Source: an uncultured bacterium (GTDB lineage: Bacteria; Babelota; Babeliae; Babelales; JABCYS01). From it: a stretch of 64,000 nucleotides of DNA. Of the stretch, positions 30,645-39,959 are shown piece by piece. Both the position numbers and the translations under genes were made by a program. The DNA is taken from positions 64,001-128,000 of the forward strand of contig CAVPKK010000003.1 of NCBI GenBank assembly GCA_963705705.1, given 5' to 3'. Numbering within the stretch: position 1 is the first letter of the stretch; each line of letters begins with the position of its first letter. The notes beneath the pieces are model-generated. The model was not told where the DNA came from. It was given only the letters and a program-made list of their open reading frames with translations, and did no database searches.

Positions 30645-31607
30645 ATGTTGTACCGCAAGTTGATACTACCGTTTTTTTGTGTGGCTTTTTGCTTTGGCAA
30701 TGAGCAACTAGTTGTTACACGCCATGGTGTTGAAATAAGTGCATTTCCCGAGATAGCCCAAAAGGCATTAATGATTCAGCAACGCACCGCCGAATTAGGC
30801 TTGCAGGAAAAGCAAATTGTTGCGCTTGTTTGCTCATACAATAGTCGCGAATTCGTGGAAGAAAATATTATATCTATTGCACGGCAGAAAATTGGAGAAA
30901 GGGGCAAAGAGAAACCCTATCAAAATTGGCTGCTAGTGTATTGTGATGATTGCTCGAGTGATGGCCAATATGAAGAGGTTCTACGGGTTGTTAGCAGACT
31001 AGGAATAGAAGAGCATTGCGTAGTCATCAAAAATCCTATCCGTTATGAAACATATCTTGCAAATTATTATCGAATTATTCATCAGTGTCCTAATGATGCA
31101 ATTATTGCCTGCATTGATGGTGATGACAGTCTTGCACATGAGCATGTGTTTGATCGATTGAATCGCGAATATCAGAATGCTGATGTTTGGATGACGTACG
31201 GCAATTATTTTAATACCGATGGTATTATTGGGGGAATGGCTGGCCCATACTCATCCCAGATTGTTGCACAAGGTGCTTTCCGCAAGGATATATGGCGGGC
31301 AACACATTTAAAAACTTTTTATGCATGGCTTTTTAAGAAGGTTGGTATTGAACGGCTTCGTCGTTCGAGCGGTAAGTTCTTTCACTATGTAAATGATGTG
31401 GCGCCTATGCTTGCGATGCTGGAGCTCGCAGGCAGTCATAGTAAGTTCATTAAGGAAATTTTATACCGGTACAATGTGCACAACCCTTTGCATGATGCTG
31501 GAAAGTCGAATTATGCAAATGACGCTAAGCAAGAAATGGCAGCTGTATATAAACTACCCCAATATAAGCCACTTCAACTGTGTGATGATGAACCTTCTGT
31601 GTTATAA
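30645..31607 (+). CDS. GT2 glycosyltransferase with signal peptide
   Basis: CSYN, DDCSSD, IDGDD.L, WMTYG, HLKTFYAWLFK. Confidence 0.82.
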   Translation: MLYRKLILPFFCVAFCFGNEQLVVTRHGVEISAFPEIAQKALMIQQRTAELGLQEKQIVALVCSYNSREFVEENIISIARQKIGERGKEKPYQNWLLVYCDDCSSDGQYEEVLRVVSRLGIEEHCVVIKNPIRYETYLANYYRIIHQCPNDAIIACIDGDDSLAHEHVFDRLNREYQNADVWMTYGNYFNTDGIIGGMAGPYSSQIVAQGAFRKDIWRATHLKTFYAWLFKKVGIERLRRSSGKFFHYVNDVAPMLAMLELAGSHSKFIKEILYRYNVHNPLHDAGKSNYANDAKQEMAAVYKLPQYKPLQLCDDEPSVL

Positions 31608-32593
31608 ATAAGTGATTGATGCATTTGTATAGTTTCATTGCCGATCATTGTGAGCGGCTTTCTAAGCGTTACGATGCCTTGATGGATTTTCGATCCGGGC
31701 AATGGATCATCAACTGATATAATGATGCTAAAATCACCAAGCTTTTCAGCCATAATGGAATAATTTGATTCTGAGCGAATAAGGCAATCAAACTGCGTCA
31801 TGGAAAAAAAGTCTTCCAACACATTCATATTATGGCGATTTTCGGTTCTTCTATAATCAAATTCAATCGTTGGTATGTTTAATTCTTCAGCAAAATGAGA
31901 AGCTACGGCCGCGGGATTTTGGTCATCAGTAAATAAAAAAACATATAATGGCGCATGCCCTAAAAGCTCTGACAGTCTTTTTATCTGTTCAATATAGTAT
32001 TCTTGATAAGGAATTTTATATCTCTTGATCCTTTCCTCTTTTTCCGAAGCAAAGTGATCAAATCCCCCACCAAGCCGCGCATGAACGGCTACCGAAATTT
32101 TATCCATTCGTGGTTTTACTAAAGAAAGTGCTTCTTTTGGTTTTATAAGACTCCGTAATAGTTCCTTAAATGCTGGATCTTCCCAATCAACAGGAAACTG
32201 ATATGGATTTGGATTTCTACATTCACTTGGCGCCTCGGGAAAATAAGGAATTACAAATAAATCATAGCTGCCTGAGGTCTTGCAATTTTCACTCAATTCC
32301 GCAGAGCCACCAGCATATTTAAATATGCGATCAAATTGACGTTCGGCCCCCTTACGATATTTTTTTAAAACATTATCTAGAACAAGCTGGTCGGCGTATG
32401 GAAAAGGATCGTACAAAAGATCGAAATTATTTTTGTGTGCAAAATACAATGCATGAGAAAAAGCGATAAGGTTATCGCCAAACCGGCCCCCCGATTTCAA
32501 AAAAGTTACTGAACTATTTTTTGCATATAGTAGGCCATTTAAAAGAATAACTGCTGAGATAAAATACAGTATTTTTTTGTGGATCGTGGCCAT
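31574..32593 (-). CDS. GT11-like fucosyltransferase-like protein with signal peptide
   Basis: GGRFGDNL, VAVHARLGG, FLFTDD, FDCLIRSESNYS; SD AAAGGAG; paralog of 26793-27830. Confidence 0.6.
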   Translation of the reverse strand: MATIHKKILYFISAVILLNGLLYAKNSSVTFLKSGGRFGDNLIAFSHALYFAHKNNFDLLYDPFPYADQLVLDNVLKKYRKGAERQFDRIFKYAGGSAELSENCKTSGSYDLFVIPYFPEAPSECRNPNPYQFPVDWEDPAFKELLRSLIKPKEALSLVKPRMDKISVAVHARLGGGFDHFASEKEERIKRYKIPYQEYYIEQIKRLSELLGHAPLYVFLFTDDQNPAAVASHFAEELNIPTIEFDYRRTENRHNMNVLEDFFSMTQFDCLIRSESNYSIMAEKLGDFSIIISVDDPLPGSKIHQGIVTLRKPLTMIGNETIQMHQSLIYNTEGSSSHS

Positions 32594-32899
32594 ATGATTC
32601 TCCTTTGATAGAACTGAGTTGATCATTATTTTATTTTCCTATTTTTTTATCGCAACAATATTAGTCCAATTTTTAAATGCGTAACAGATATGGTGTAACC
32701 ATTTTTCATGCATGACAAAAACCTTGACAAAATTATGAGTGCGTGGAGAATTTCTTCGTCTTAAATTAAGAGAAGGTATGTCATGATTTTCCTAATTTAC
32801 ACTCAACGATTCAGCCAATATAAAAGACTTAAAGGTATCGTGATGAATGCAAATAAGTCTGTTCCTATCACTACTATTTCGAGCGATTAAAGAGAGCTA

Positions 32900-33643
32900 A
32901 TGAATATGAAAATTACAGTATTCTTGAAAATGCTATGCGCCGTCTTGATGTGCCATTCATTGTCAGGTTATCACGTTGGATTGTGCGTGGTGGCAACTGG
33001 AAAATATATTGGGTTTGTCGATGAGTTGATAGCGTCAGCCCGTACACATTTCTTAAAAAATCACGAAGTGACCTACTTTGTATTTACCGATGGAGTGTTG
33101 AAGCCGGCTGCTGATGTAGTACAGATATACCAAGTAAAGCTAGGCTGGCCGTATGATTCCCTTATGCGATTTGCTGTTTATGCGAATCATAAAGAAGAGC
33201 TGAAGAATATGGATTATATCTTCGCCTGTGATGCGGACATGCTTTTTGTCGATACGATTGAAGACTATATCCTGGGCAGCTGCGTGGGTACTAAACATCC
33301 TATTAATATTGGCGGAAACCGTGGCGATTATGAAACAAATCCCGCTTCAGTTGCTTGTGTTAGACCCGATGAAGGCCAATTTTATTTCGCGGGGGCTTTC
33401 TATGGTGCAAAGCGTGATGAGTTTTTTAAGATGATGGATATTCTCACAAAGAGTGTTGAAACAGATTTAAAAAATAATGTTATGGCCAAGTGGCATGATG
33501 AAAGCCATTTAAACCGGTATTTTATTGACCACAAGCCTTTATTTGCACTGCCTCCCCAATTTTGCTGTTTTGAGGGTTGGAAAATTCCTGCACGTAAATT
33601 ACTCGCTCGGTCCAAAGAAAATTGCGATGCAATACGTGCATAG
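32900..33643 (+). CDS. GT6 (ABO/alpha-1,3-Gal(NAc) transferase family) with signal peptide and DXD motif
   Basis: VATGKY, YFVFTD, WP..SL.RF, DAD, YFAGAFYG, WHDESHLNRYF. Confidence 0.9.
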   Translation: MNMKITVFLKMLCAVLMCHSLSGYHVGLCVVATGKYIGFVDELIASARTHFLKNHEVTYFVFTDGVLKPAADVVQIYQVKLGWPYDSLMRFAVYANHKEELKNMDYIFACDADMLFVDTIEDYILGSCVGTKHPINIGGNRGDYETNPASVACVRPDEGQFYFAGAFYGAKRDEFFKMMDILTKSVETDLKNNVMAKWHDESHLNRYFIDHKPLFALPPQFCCFEGWKIPARKLLARSKENCDAIRA

Positions 33644-33682
33644 GTGGTAATTTATTATTTCTAAATGATGCAAAGGAGTCAT

Positions 33683-34594
33683 ATGAAGGTGCTTAAATCT
33701 ATAGCTTTAAAAGTAATGCTGTTAGTCGCTTGTGTTGTATTACCTGCGCAGAAGCTGACTGCGGGAACACCCTTTAATAAGCCGATGTATTTTGCGACAA
33801 CCGCAGATATGGAACATTATCCTTGGTTAATTGAGTTATTAAAAACTATTGCTGAGTTTCATAAAGGTAAAGAAACATTAACATTGATCTTTGATATTGG
33901 GCTTGAGAAAAATCAAATAAAATTCATTGAATCAAACTACAAGGCAAAAGTATATCCCATCGAAATGGTGCATCCCGATCTTACAAAAAAATTTAAGGTG
34001 CGAACCAATGGCCGTGTGGCGCGTGGTTGGTATGCTTGGAAACCGGTTGCAATGAAACAGGCATTCGATCATGTTCCCTATTTTCTCTACATAGACTCGA
34101 GTATACGATTGGCCGGGCCGGTTGATGATATTTTTAATATTATTACTCAAGAGGGATATTTTCTGATCGAATGTGGTCACAAAATTGCTCCTGTAACAAC
34201 CAAACGCGTTAAGAAGAAGTTCGATCTCGATAAGGCTGAGAATAAGACGATTTTGGAACAATTAGGAATGTCTGCAGGTCTCCAAGGGCTATCTAAGAAA
34301 GTGTTTAAGGACTATATCAAACCGGTGTATGAATTCGCGCATGATCTATCTTTATTTGAAGATGATGGAACGGCGCCTATGGGCTTTGGTTTTAGTCGTC
34401 ATGATCAAACAATCTTTAGCGTCCAGGCTAGAAAATTGGGTTATCTCATTCATCGGGCATACGATAAAGGGCCAGCCGGCATCTTTTTGAATAAACAAGG
34501 AGAACGCTCCTTTAATCTTGAGCGCTATTTTGTGTTAAAGCACAAACAGATGGAAATTAATCCTGATGCTGCAAAATATAATTTGATAGGATAA
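33683..34594 (+). CDS. DUF1647-like GT-A protein with signal peptide
   Basis: FDIGL, YAWKP, YIDSS.R, RHDQ; SD AAAGGAG. Confidence 0.6.
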   Translation: MKVLKSIALKVMLLVACVVLPAQKLTAGTPFNKPMYFATTADMEHYPWLIELLKTIAEFHKGKETLTLIFDIGLEKNQIKFIESNYKAKVYPIEMVHPDLTKKFKVRTNGRVARGWYAWKPVAMKQAFDHVPYFLYIDSSIRLAGPVDDIFNIITQEGYFLIECGHKIAPVTTKRVKKKFDLDKAENKTILEQLGMSAGLQGLSKKVFKDYIKPVYEFAHDLSLFEDDGTAPMGFGFSRHDQTIFSVQARKLGYLIHRAYDKGPAGIFLNKQGERSFNLERYFVLKHKQMEINPDAAKYNLIG

Positions 34595-34596
34595 CA

Positions 34597-35385
34597 ATGC
34601 ACAAACGAGCCATTCTTTTTATTTTGCTATTAGCTTTTAACAATACGCAATGCCTTAAGATTGATCGCGCTATTGTTTCCAGCGATGCCAATCCCATGTA
34701 TCTGCAATTTTGGCCATTGGTTGCCCGGGCTTGGCAACAGCTTATCGGCGTCAGGCCAACGCTATTGCTTATCGCAGACGATACTGTTGAGGTTGATGAA
34801 AGTGTAGGCGATGTAATTCGATTTCAACCAATTCCAGGTGTTCCAACTGCTACACATGCCCAGTGCATACGGTTATTAGCCCCTGCCTATTTTGAAGATG
34901 ATGTGTGCATCATTTCCGATATCGACATGCTACCACTGAGTAAAGCCTATTTCGTTAATTCTATTAAGGATCTGCCTGATGATGCCTTTGTAGTCTATCG
35001 CGATCGTGCCTATGGCAATGATGCTCGGCGCTTTCCCATGTGCTATAACGTAGGCAAGGGTTGTCTGTATAAATCGATTTTTAGATTCAATTCTGTTGCA
35101 GACATACCATATATTATTAAGAAATGGGTCGAAAAAGGGTTTGGGTGGAATACCGATGAAATCATTTTAACTGCTTATGTGCGTCAATGGCCTCAATTTA
35201 AGGAAAACTGTGTACTGCTCGGCCATACATCTATGGAGACCAGACGCATTGATAGATCTAACTGGCAATACAACAAAGAAAAGCTAAACAGTAAGTATTA
35301 CATTGATGCCCATATGGTACGGCCGCTAGACAAATATTATGCCCAGATTAAAGAACTGGTTGATGACTTGGGCATAGCGCTATAA
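34597..35385 (+). CDS. Secreted DXD-containing putative glycosyltransferase
   Basis: SSD.NP.Y..FWP...AW, SDIDMLPL, PMCY, W.TDE, IDAH. Confidence 0.5.
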   Translation: MHKRAILFILLLAFNNTQCLKIDRAIVSSDANPMYLQFWPLVARAWQQLIGVRPTLLLIADDTVEVDESVGDVIRFQPIPGVPTATHAQCIRLLAPAYFEDDVCIISDIDMLPLSKAYFVNSIKDLPDDAFVVYRDRAYGNDARRFPMCYNVGKGCLYKSIFRFNSVADIPYIIKKWVEKGFGWNTDEIILTAYVRQWPQFKENCVLLGHTSMETRRIDRSNWQYNKEKLNSKYYIDAHMVRPLDKYYAQIKELVDDLGIAL

Positions 35386-35577
35386 GGTTCAGAACTATGC
35401 CATTTTGTGGGTCAAGGGCCTAAAAAAGGCCTGATTTAGCCCAAAAAACCTTAGGACCGGTTGCGGGATTTTCATCTTTCCCTATACTGCTTACCACTAA
35501 TCATTACTAACACGCGCTCAGTTGGAAGCAAATCACATAAAATTTCCTGCCGGGCCTACCCAACAGGGAATATCAAC

Positions 35578-36843
35578 ATGACACAACAAGCACGTACTGC
35601 CACCTTTACCAAAAGTTCATCTGAGAGAAGCTACCCTAAAAGACAATTTTTTGGCGGCAAGCCTTCATTTGGCCGCTCAAGATTTGGTGGCCGACCAGGC
35701 CCTCGAAGTGGAGCTCAAGGACAGGGCAAACCTATAAAGAAGTTCAATCCATCTGATTTTATCAGGAAGGTTGAAGAAACCTCGACTGCTCCTGTGTATG
35801 CTGCAAAGCATGCATTCGCTGATTTTGCTATTGCTGACCAGCTTAAGAAAAATATTGCCCGCAAAGGGTATACTACCCCTACCCCTATTCAGGATCAGGC
35901 TATCCCAGCGCTACTGGAACAAAAGGATGTTATTGGTACCGCAAATACCGGTACTGGTAAAACTGCAGCCTTCTTAGTCCCATTAATTAGTAACATGCTG
36001 GCCAAAAAGACCACCCGTGTTCTTATTATTGCCCCAACTCGTGAGCTTGCTGCTCAAATCCAAGCGGAACTTGAGCTATTTAAGGCAGGCATGCCAATGG
36101 GCTCAGTATTATGCATCGGCGGCGTTAATATCAATTTCCAAATTGATCGCCTCAGACGAACCCCAGCTTTTGTGATCGGTACCCCAGGCCGGTTAAAGGA
36201 TTTAGAACAGCAGGGGTATATAAATTTTGCCACCTTCACCTCTATCGTGTTGGATGAAGTTGATACTATGCTCGACATGGGCTTTATCGGCGATATTAAA
36301 TACATCATTTCGAAGCTGCCAACTACACGGCACTCACTATTCTTCTCAGCAACAGTATCAAAAGCGACCCAAGACATCGCTCATCAGTTTCTACGCAACC
36401 CTATTTCCATCAGTGTAAAGACGCGACAATCAGCCGAAAACGTTAACCAAGACGTCATTAAAGTGGCGGGCGGATTAAGTAATAAAGTTGATATGTTGCA
36501 CGATCTTTTAATTAAACCTGAATTTAATAAGGTTATCGTTTTTGCACGAACTAAGCGGTCGGCTGATAGGTTGTCCAAAATGCTTCTCGAACGCGGTTTT
36601 AGAATTGCTGCTATTCATGGCGATAAGTCACAAGCGCAACGAAAAAAGGCGTTGGACCTCTTCAAGAACAACCGTGTCAAAGTGCTATTGGCTACCGACG
36701 TGGTTGCCCGCGGTATTGATATCGATGATGTATCACACGTCATCAATTTTGATATGCCGCAATCATATGAAGATTATATTCACCGTATCGGACGAACCGG
36801 CCGGGCGAATAAAGTCGGTCAGGCGTTAACGTTTATTGAGTAA
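35578..36843 (+). CDS. DEAD-box RNA helicase (DEVD variant)
   Basis: Q motif PTPIQ, TGTGKT, PTRELA, TPGRL, DEVD, SAT, ARGID, HRIGRTGR; TTGCGG-N16-TATACT at 35461-35488. Confidence 0.95.
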   Translation: MTQQARTATFTKSSSERSYPKRQFFGGKPSFGRSRFGGRPGPRSGAQGQGKPIKKFNPSDFIRKVEETSTAPVYAAKHAFADFAIADQLKKNIARKGYTTPTPIQDQAIPALLEQKDVIGTANTGTGKTAAFLVPLISNMLAKKTTRVLIIAPTRELAAQIQAELELFKAGMPMGSVLCIGGVNINFQIDRLRRTPAFVIGTPGRLKDLEQQGYINFATFTSIVLDEVDTMLDMGFIGDIKYIISKLPTTRHSLFFSATVSKATQDIAHQFLRNPISISVKTRQSAENVNQDVIKVAGGLSNKVDMLHDLLIKPEFNKVIVFARTKRSADRLSKMLLERGFRIAAIHGDKSQAQRKKALDLFKNNRVKVLLATDVVARGIDIDDVSHVINFDMPQSYEDYIHRIGRTGRANKVGQALTFIE

Positions 36844-36960
36844 GTCGCGAAATTCTAATTTTCTCTACTTGAACCAACAAAATTTTGCCGTATTATTTGG
36901 TAAAGATGTTTTATGTGCAACGTGCTCACGTTGTTTTTAAATCTTTATTAAAGGATAGCT

Positions 36961-38190
36961 ATGCTCAGAAATTGTATGTTGTTATTGCTTGCCTGTTCTT
37001 TAGGTACAGTCATTTATTGTGGCAATGCACCAGACGGAATAAGTGTAGAATATGTTGTTGCTCACTATAATGAAGATTTAAGCTGGCTAACCCCATATGC
37101 CGAAAAGGCTCATATTTATCATAAGGGCATATTGGGAGAGTCACCATTTCCCGTTGCTAACTGGACGCCATTACAAAATGTAGGCCGAGAAGGCCATACC
37201 TATCTAGTTCATATTCTTGAGCATTATGACGATTTAGCTGATATCACCTTTTTCCTGCAAGGGCGCATTGATGATCATATGTTTGGAAAGACACTTGATG
37301 ATCTATTGCGGGAAGCAATAATTAAAGGTGCCGGTTTCATGGGTACGAAATTTCCTCTGTTTCATAATCTTTCTAGAAATCGTTCAGGCTTCATTGCCTT
37401 TTGGGAAAAATTATTTGAAGAGAAATTCTCTGAAGATACATTTTTTTATGCCAATGCATGTTTTGCCGTCAGAAAAGAAATCATTCTCCTTCATCCGCGC
37501 GAGTTTTACGAGGTTATTTTGCGGCGTCTTAGCCGCAGTGCAAATCCAGAAGAGGGATATTGGGTAGAACGGATGTGGTACCGCATGTTTGATACTACAA
37601 AAAATTCACAGCCTTATCAGTTAAAAAAAGCCGCTGAGCCACGTTGCATTTCATATGGAGCCTATTCATACGGCAACGTTAATGTTAAAAGCTGGCCTAG
37701 TGACCCGACGCAATACAGTATTGGTAAATTTTGTTCTATAGCAGACAATGTTACTGTCTTTTTGGGTGGCAACCACCGGACTGATTGGATTTCTACCTAT
37801 CCATTTCCTGCATTTGATTCATTTCCCGAAGCAAAAAATATTGAAGGGTATGTTGCAACCAAAGGAAATATTATCATCGGTAATGATGTATGGATTGGTT
37901 CGCACGTTTCAATATTATCTGGTGTTACGATTGGCGATGGCGCAGTTATTGGTGCCTTCAGTGTTGTTGCAAAAGACGTTCCTCCTTATGCTATAGTCGC
38001 TGGTAATCCGGCAAGGATTATTCGATATAGATTTAGCGAAGGTGTTATTAAAGCATTGCTGGAGTTGCAGTGGTGGAATTGGCCTATTGAGAAAATAAGA
38101 GCCAATACCCATCTATTGTGCAGTGATAACATTGAGACCTTTTTAGAAGCCAATGCTGAAAGTCAGCCTATGGCAACTTCGTCTGAATAA
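36961..38190 (+). CDS. Signal peptide + DUF3431-like domain fused to CatB/Vat-like hexapeptide O-acetyltransferase
   Basis: [35 protein letters not shown]; then [32 protein letters not shown]. Confidence 0.8.
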   Translation: MLRNCMLLLLACSLGTVIYCGNAPDGISVEYVVAHYNEDLSWLTPYAEKAHIYHKGILGESPFPVANWTPLQNVGREGHTYLVHILEHYDDLADITFFLQGRIDDHMFGKTLDDLLREAIIKGAGFMGTKFPLFHNLSRNRSGFIAFWEKLFEEKFSEDTFFYANACFAVRKEIILLHPREFYEVILRRLSRSANPEEGYWVERMWYRMFDTTKNSQPYQLKKAAEPRCISYGAYSYGNVNVKSWPSDPTQYSIGKFCSIADNVTVFLGGNHRTDWISTYPFPAFDSFPEAKNIEGYVATKGNIIIGNDVWIGSHVSILSGVTIGDGAVIGAFSVVAKDVPPYAIVAGNPARIIRYRFSEGVIKALLELQWWNWPIEKIRANTHLLCSDNIETFLEANAESQPMATSSE

Positions 38191-38230
38191 TTTAATCGCG
38201 GTAAGTAAGAATAACATTCGAATTAATCAA

Positions 38231-38965
38231 ATGAGCCTACAAGCTTACGGCAATCTCTGCAGTCTTTTCTATGATGTCACCAAAGGTTATGCGCTCGAGC
38301 GTGAAGTTGATTTCTACTCAAGTTTTATACCTAACAAAAATGCTCGTGTACTTGAGGCAATGTGCGGCTCAGGAAGGGTGATGATTCCGTTGATGCAGCG
38401 AGGCTATCAGGTTGAGGGCATTGATAACTCCAAAAACATGCTTGATCGTTGCCGCCGGCGTTGTGCCGAATTAGGTCTTTCGCCTATTCTCCACGAACAA
38501 TCACTTGAAACTATGCTTTCGCCAAATCGCTATGATGTGGTTACCATCGCCGTTGGTTCATTTCAGCTTATTACCAACAGATCCGCTGCTCTTGTATCCC
38601 TTAAAAATCTGCATGCGCATATGAACGAAGGCGGCATTCTACTTATTGATACTTTTGTGCCAGATGTTAATGGCGATCCATGGACCGTGCGATATGCAAG
38701 AATGGATGCTCATAAGACGGTGCGACTGACAACTCGGCACGTGTTTGATGCACAAAAAAAGATTGCAGATGCCTATTGCCTCTATGAGTTACTGATTGAT
38801 GGCATCGTGCAACAGGAAGAAAAAGAACTTATTCAAGTAACTTGGTATCGTGATAAAGAATTTGAATTCCTATTACGCAAGGCCGGATTTAAGTTAGTTA
38901 ATATTTCCGATGAAAATCTGCGACCATCTGGGCCATCGCGCATTGTGCATGCCGTTGCAGTGTAG
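38231..38965 (+). CDS. Class I SAM-dependent methyltransferase
   Basis: VLEAMCGSGR, GIDNS..ML, GGILLID; no signal peptide. Confidence 0.85.
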   Translation: MSLQAYGNLCSLFYDVTKGYALEREVDFYSSFIPNKNARVLEAMCGSGRVMIPLMQRGYQVEGIDNSKNMLDRCRRRCAELGLSPILHEQSLETMLSPNRYDVVTIAVGSFQLITNRSAALVSLKNLHAHMNEGGILLIDTFVPDVNGDPWTVRYARMDAHKTVRLTTRHVFDAQKKIADAYCLYELLIDGIVQQEEKELIQVTWYRDKEFEFLLRKAGFKLVNISDENLRPSGPSRIVHAVAV

Positions 38966-38990
38966 ATAAAATTTGTAACAAACACTCTCA

Positions 38991-39725
38991 TCAAATAAAC
39001 GTTTGAGAAGATGGATTGCTGCCAAGAAGTTGACGCAAGTTTTCAACTGCTTTAACGCGATCGTCTTGTCCAAATATTCCTGAGCCAATGCATAAAATAT
39101 CTGCGCCGCGACTTGCAACTGAAACAATCGTTTTTGCATCAATGCCGCCATCAATGGCAATCGAAAATTTTAAGTTTTGTTCTCTGCGCTTTACTATCAA
39201 TTCATCAATGATCGAAAGTGATGCTGGCATAAAATCTTGGCCAGAAAAGCCGGGCATAACAGACATGACCAACACATTATCAACCTGATCAAGCAAATGC
39301 TCGATGGTGCTTAATGGCTGCTCAGGGGAAAGGGCGATACTTACGTGCCAATTTTTTCTTTTTAATTTTTCTAAAAGCCCCGACATGTCTGCTACCAATA
39401 TACTCCATGTGCCGGGAATCATTTCACTGTCTTCAATAGTAGCTTGGTGAGAATGGAAGGATATCGTAGCTCCGGCAGGCAGCGTAAAACGTTCAACAAG
39501 CTCCTCAACATACTCAACCATGAGATGTACAAAGAGTGGTTTTTGTGTGATGCGACCAATTTGATTTATGGTATCGATGCTCATGGCTAGATTCGGAACA
39601 AAGTGGTCGTCCATAACATCAAGGTGGAAACCATCAACAAAATTTTCAAGTCGTTCAATCTCACGTTGTAAATTCAATTGATCGGCTGCCATGAGTGATG
39701 GATAGATTAATTTTTTAGTCATCAT
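38991..39725 (-). CDS. rpe: Ribulose-phosphate 3-epimerase
   Basis: PSLMAAD, HLDVMD.HFVPN, HLMV, VMSV.PGFSGQ, IDGGI, GS.IF. Confidence 0.95.
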   Translation of the reverse strand: MMTKKLIYPSLMAADQLNLQREIERLENFVDGFHLDVMDDHFVPNLAMSIDTINQIGRITQKPLFVHLMVEYVEELVERFTLPAGATISFHSHQATIEDSEMIPGTWSILVADMSGLLEKLKRKNWHVSIALSPEQPLSTIEHLLDQVDNVLVMSVMPGFSGQDFMPASLSIIDELIVKRREQNLKFSIAIDGGIDAKTIVSVASRGADILCIGSGIFGQDDRVKAVENLRQLLGSNPSSQTFI

Positions 39726-39841
39726 TTTTACCCCAAACTCACCCTAGGAGGGAACCCGAGTTTCGGGACCCGTATCCCGATCGCGCTGAGTGTTTTTCGC
39801 AGCAAAATGTATCGTGCTTCGATAAGTCTCAGGATGAGCGG
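39726..39841 (-). repeat. Compound repeat: GGGTCCC..GGGTGAGTTTGGGGTAAAA element (39726-39771) plus CCTGAG..TCGAAG element (39777-39841)
   Basis: First part matches 56987-57032 and 60463-60497; second part matches 45237-45288 and 1521-1541. Confidence 0.8.
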
Positions 39842-39900
39842 CTTTTGGTTGTTAGTCATCATTTCTCTCGCAGGTTTTTGTTTTTGGCTGGCGATATGGC

Positions 39901-39937
39901 AAAAAAAAAGCCCCCGAATTAACGAGGGCTATTTTTT
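39901..39937. terminator. Intrinsic terminator, possibly bidirectional
   Basis: A9-GCCCCCG-AATTAA-CGAGGGC-TATTTTTT; similar to the hairpins at 61677 and 62769. Confidence 0.65.
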
Positions 39938-39959
39938 ATATTGTCGCTCTAAAAATTAT

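Noticed and set aside
37640..38190. Antibiotic resistance gene (catB/vat)
   Set aside because: The domain is fused to a secreted DUF3431-like domain in a glycan island; sugar O-acetylation is more plausible
39385..39450. Extra peptide in Rpe (ATIEDSEMIPGTWSILVA) as another repeat insertion
   Set aside because: No convincing hairpin or match to the repeat families
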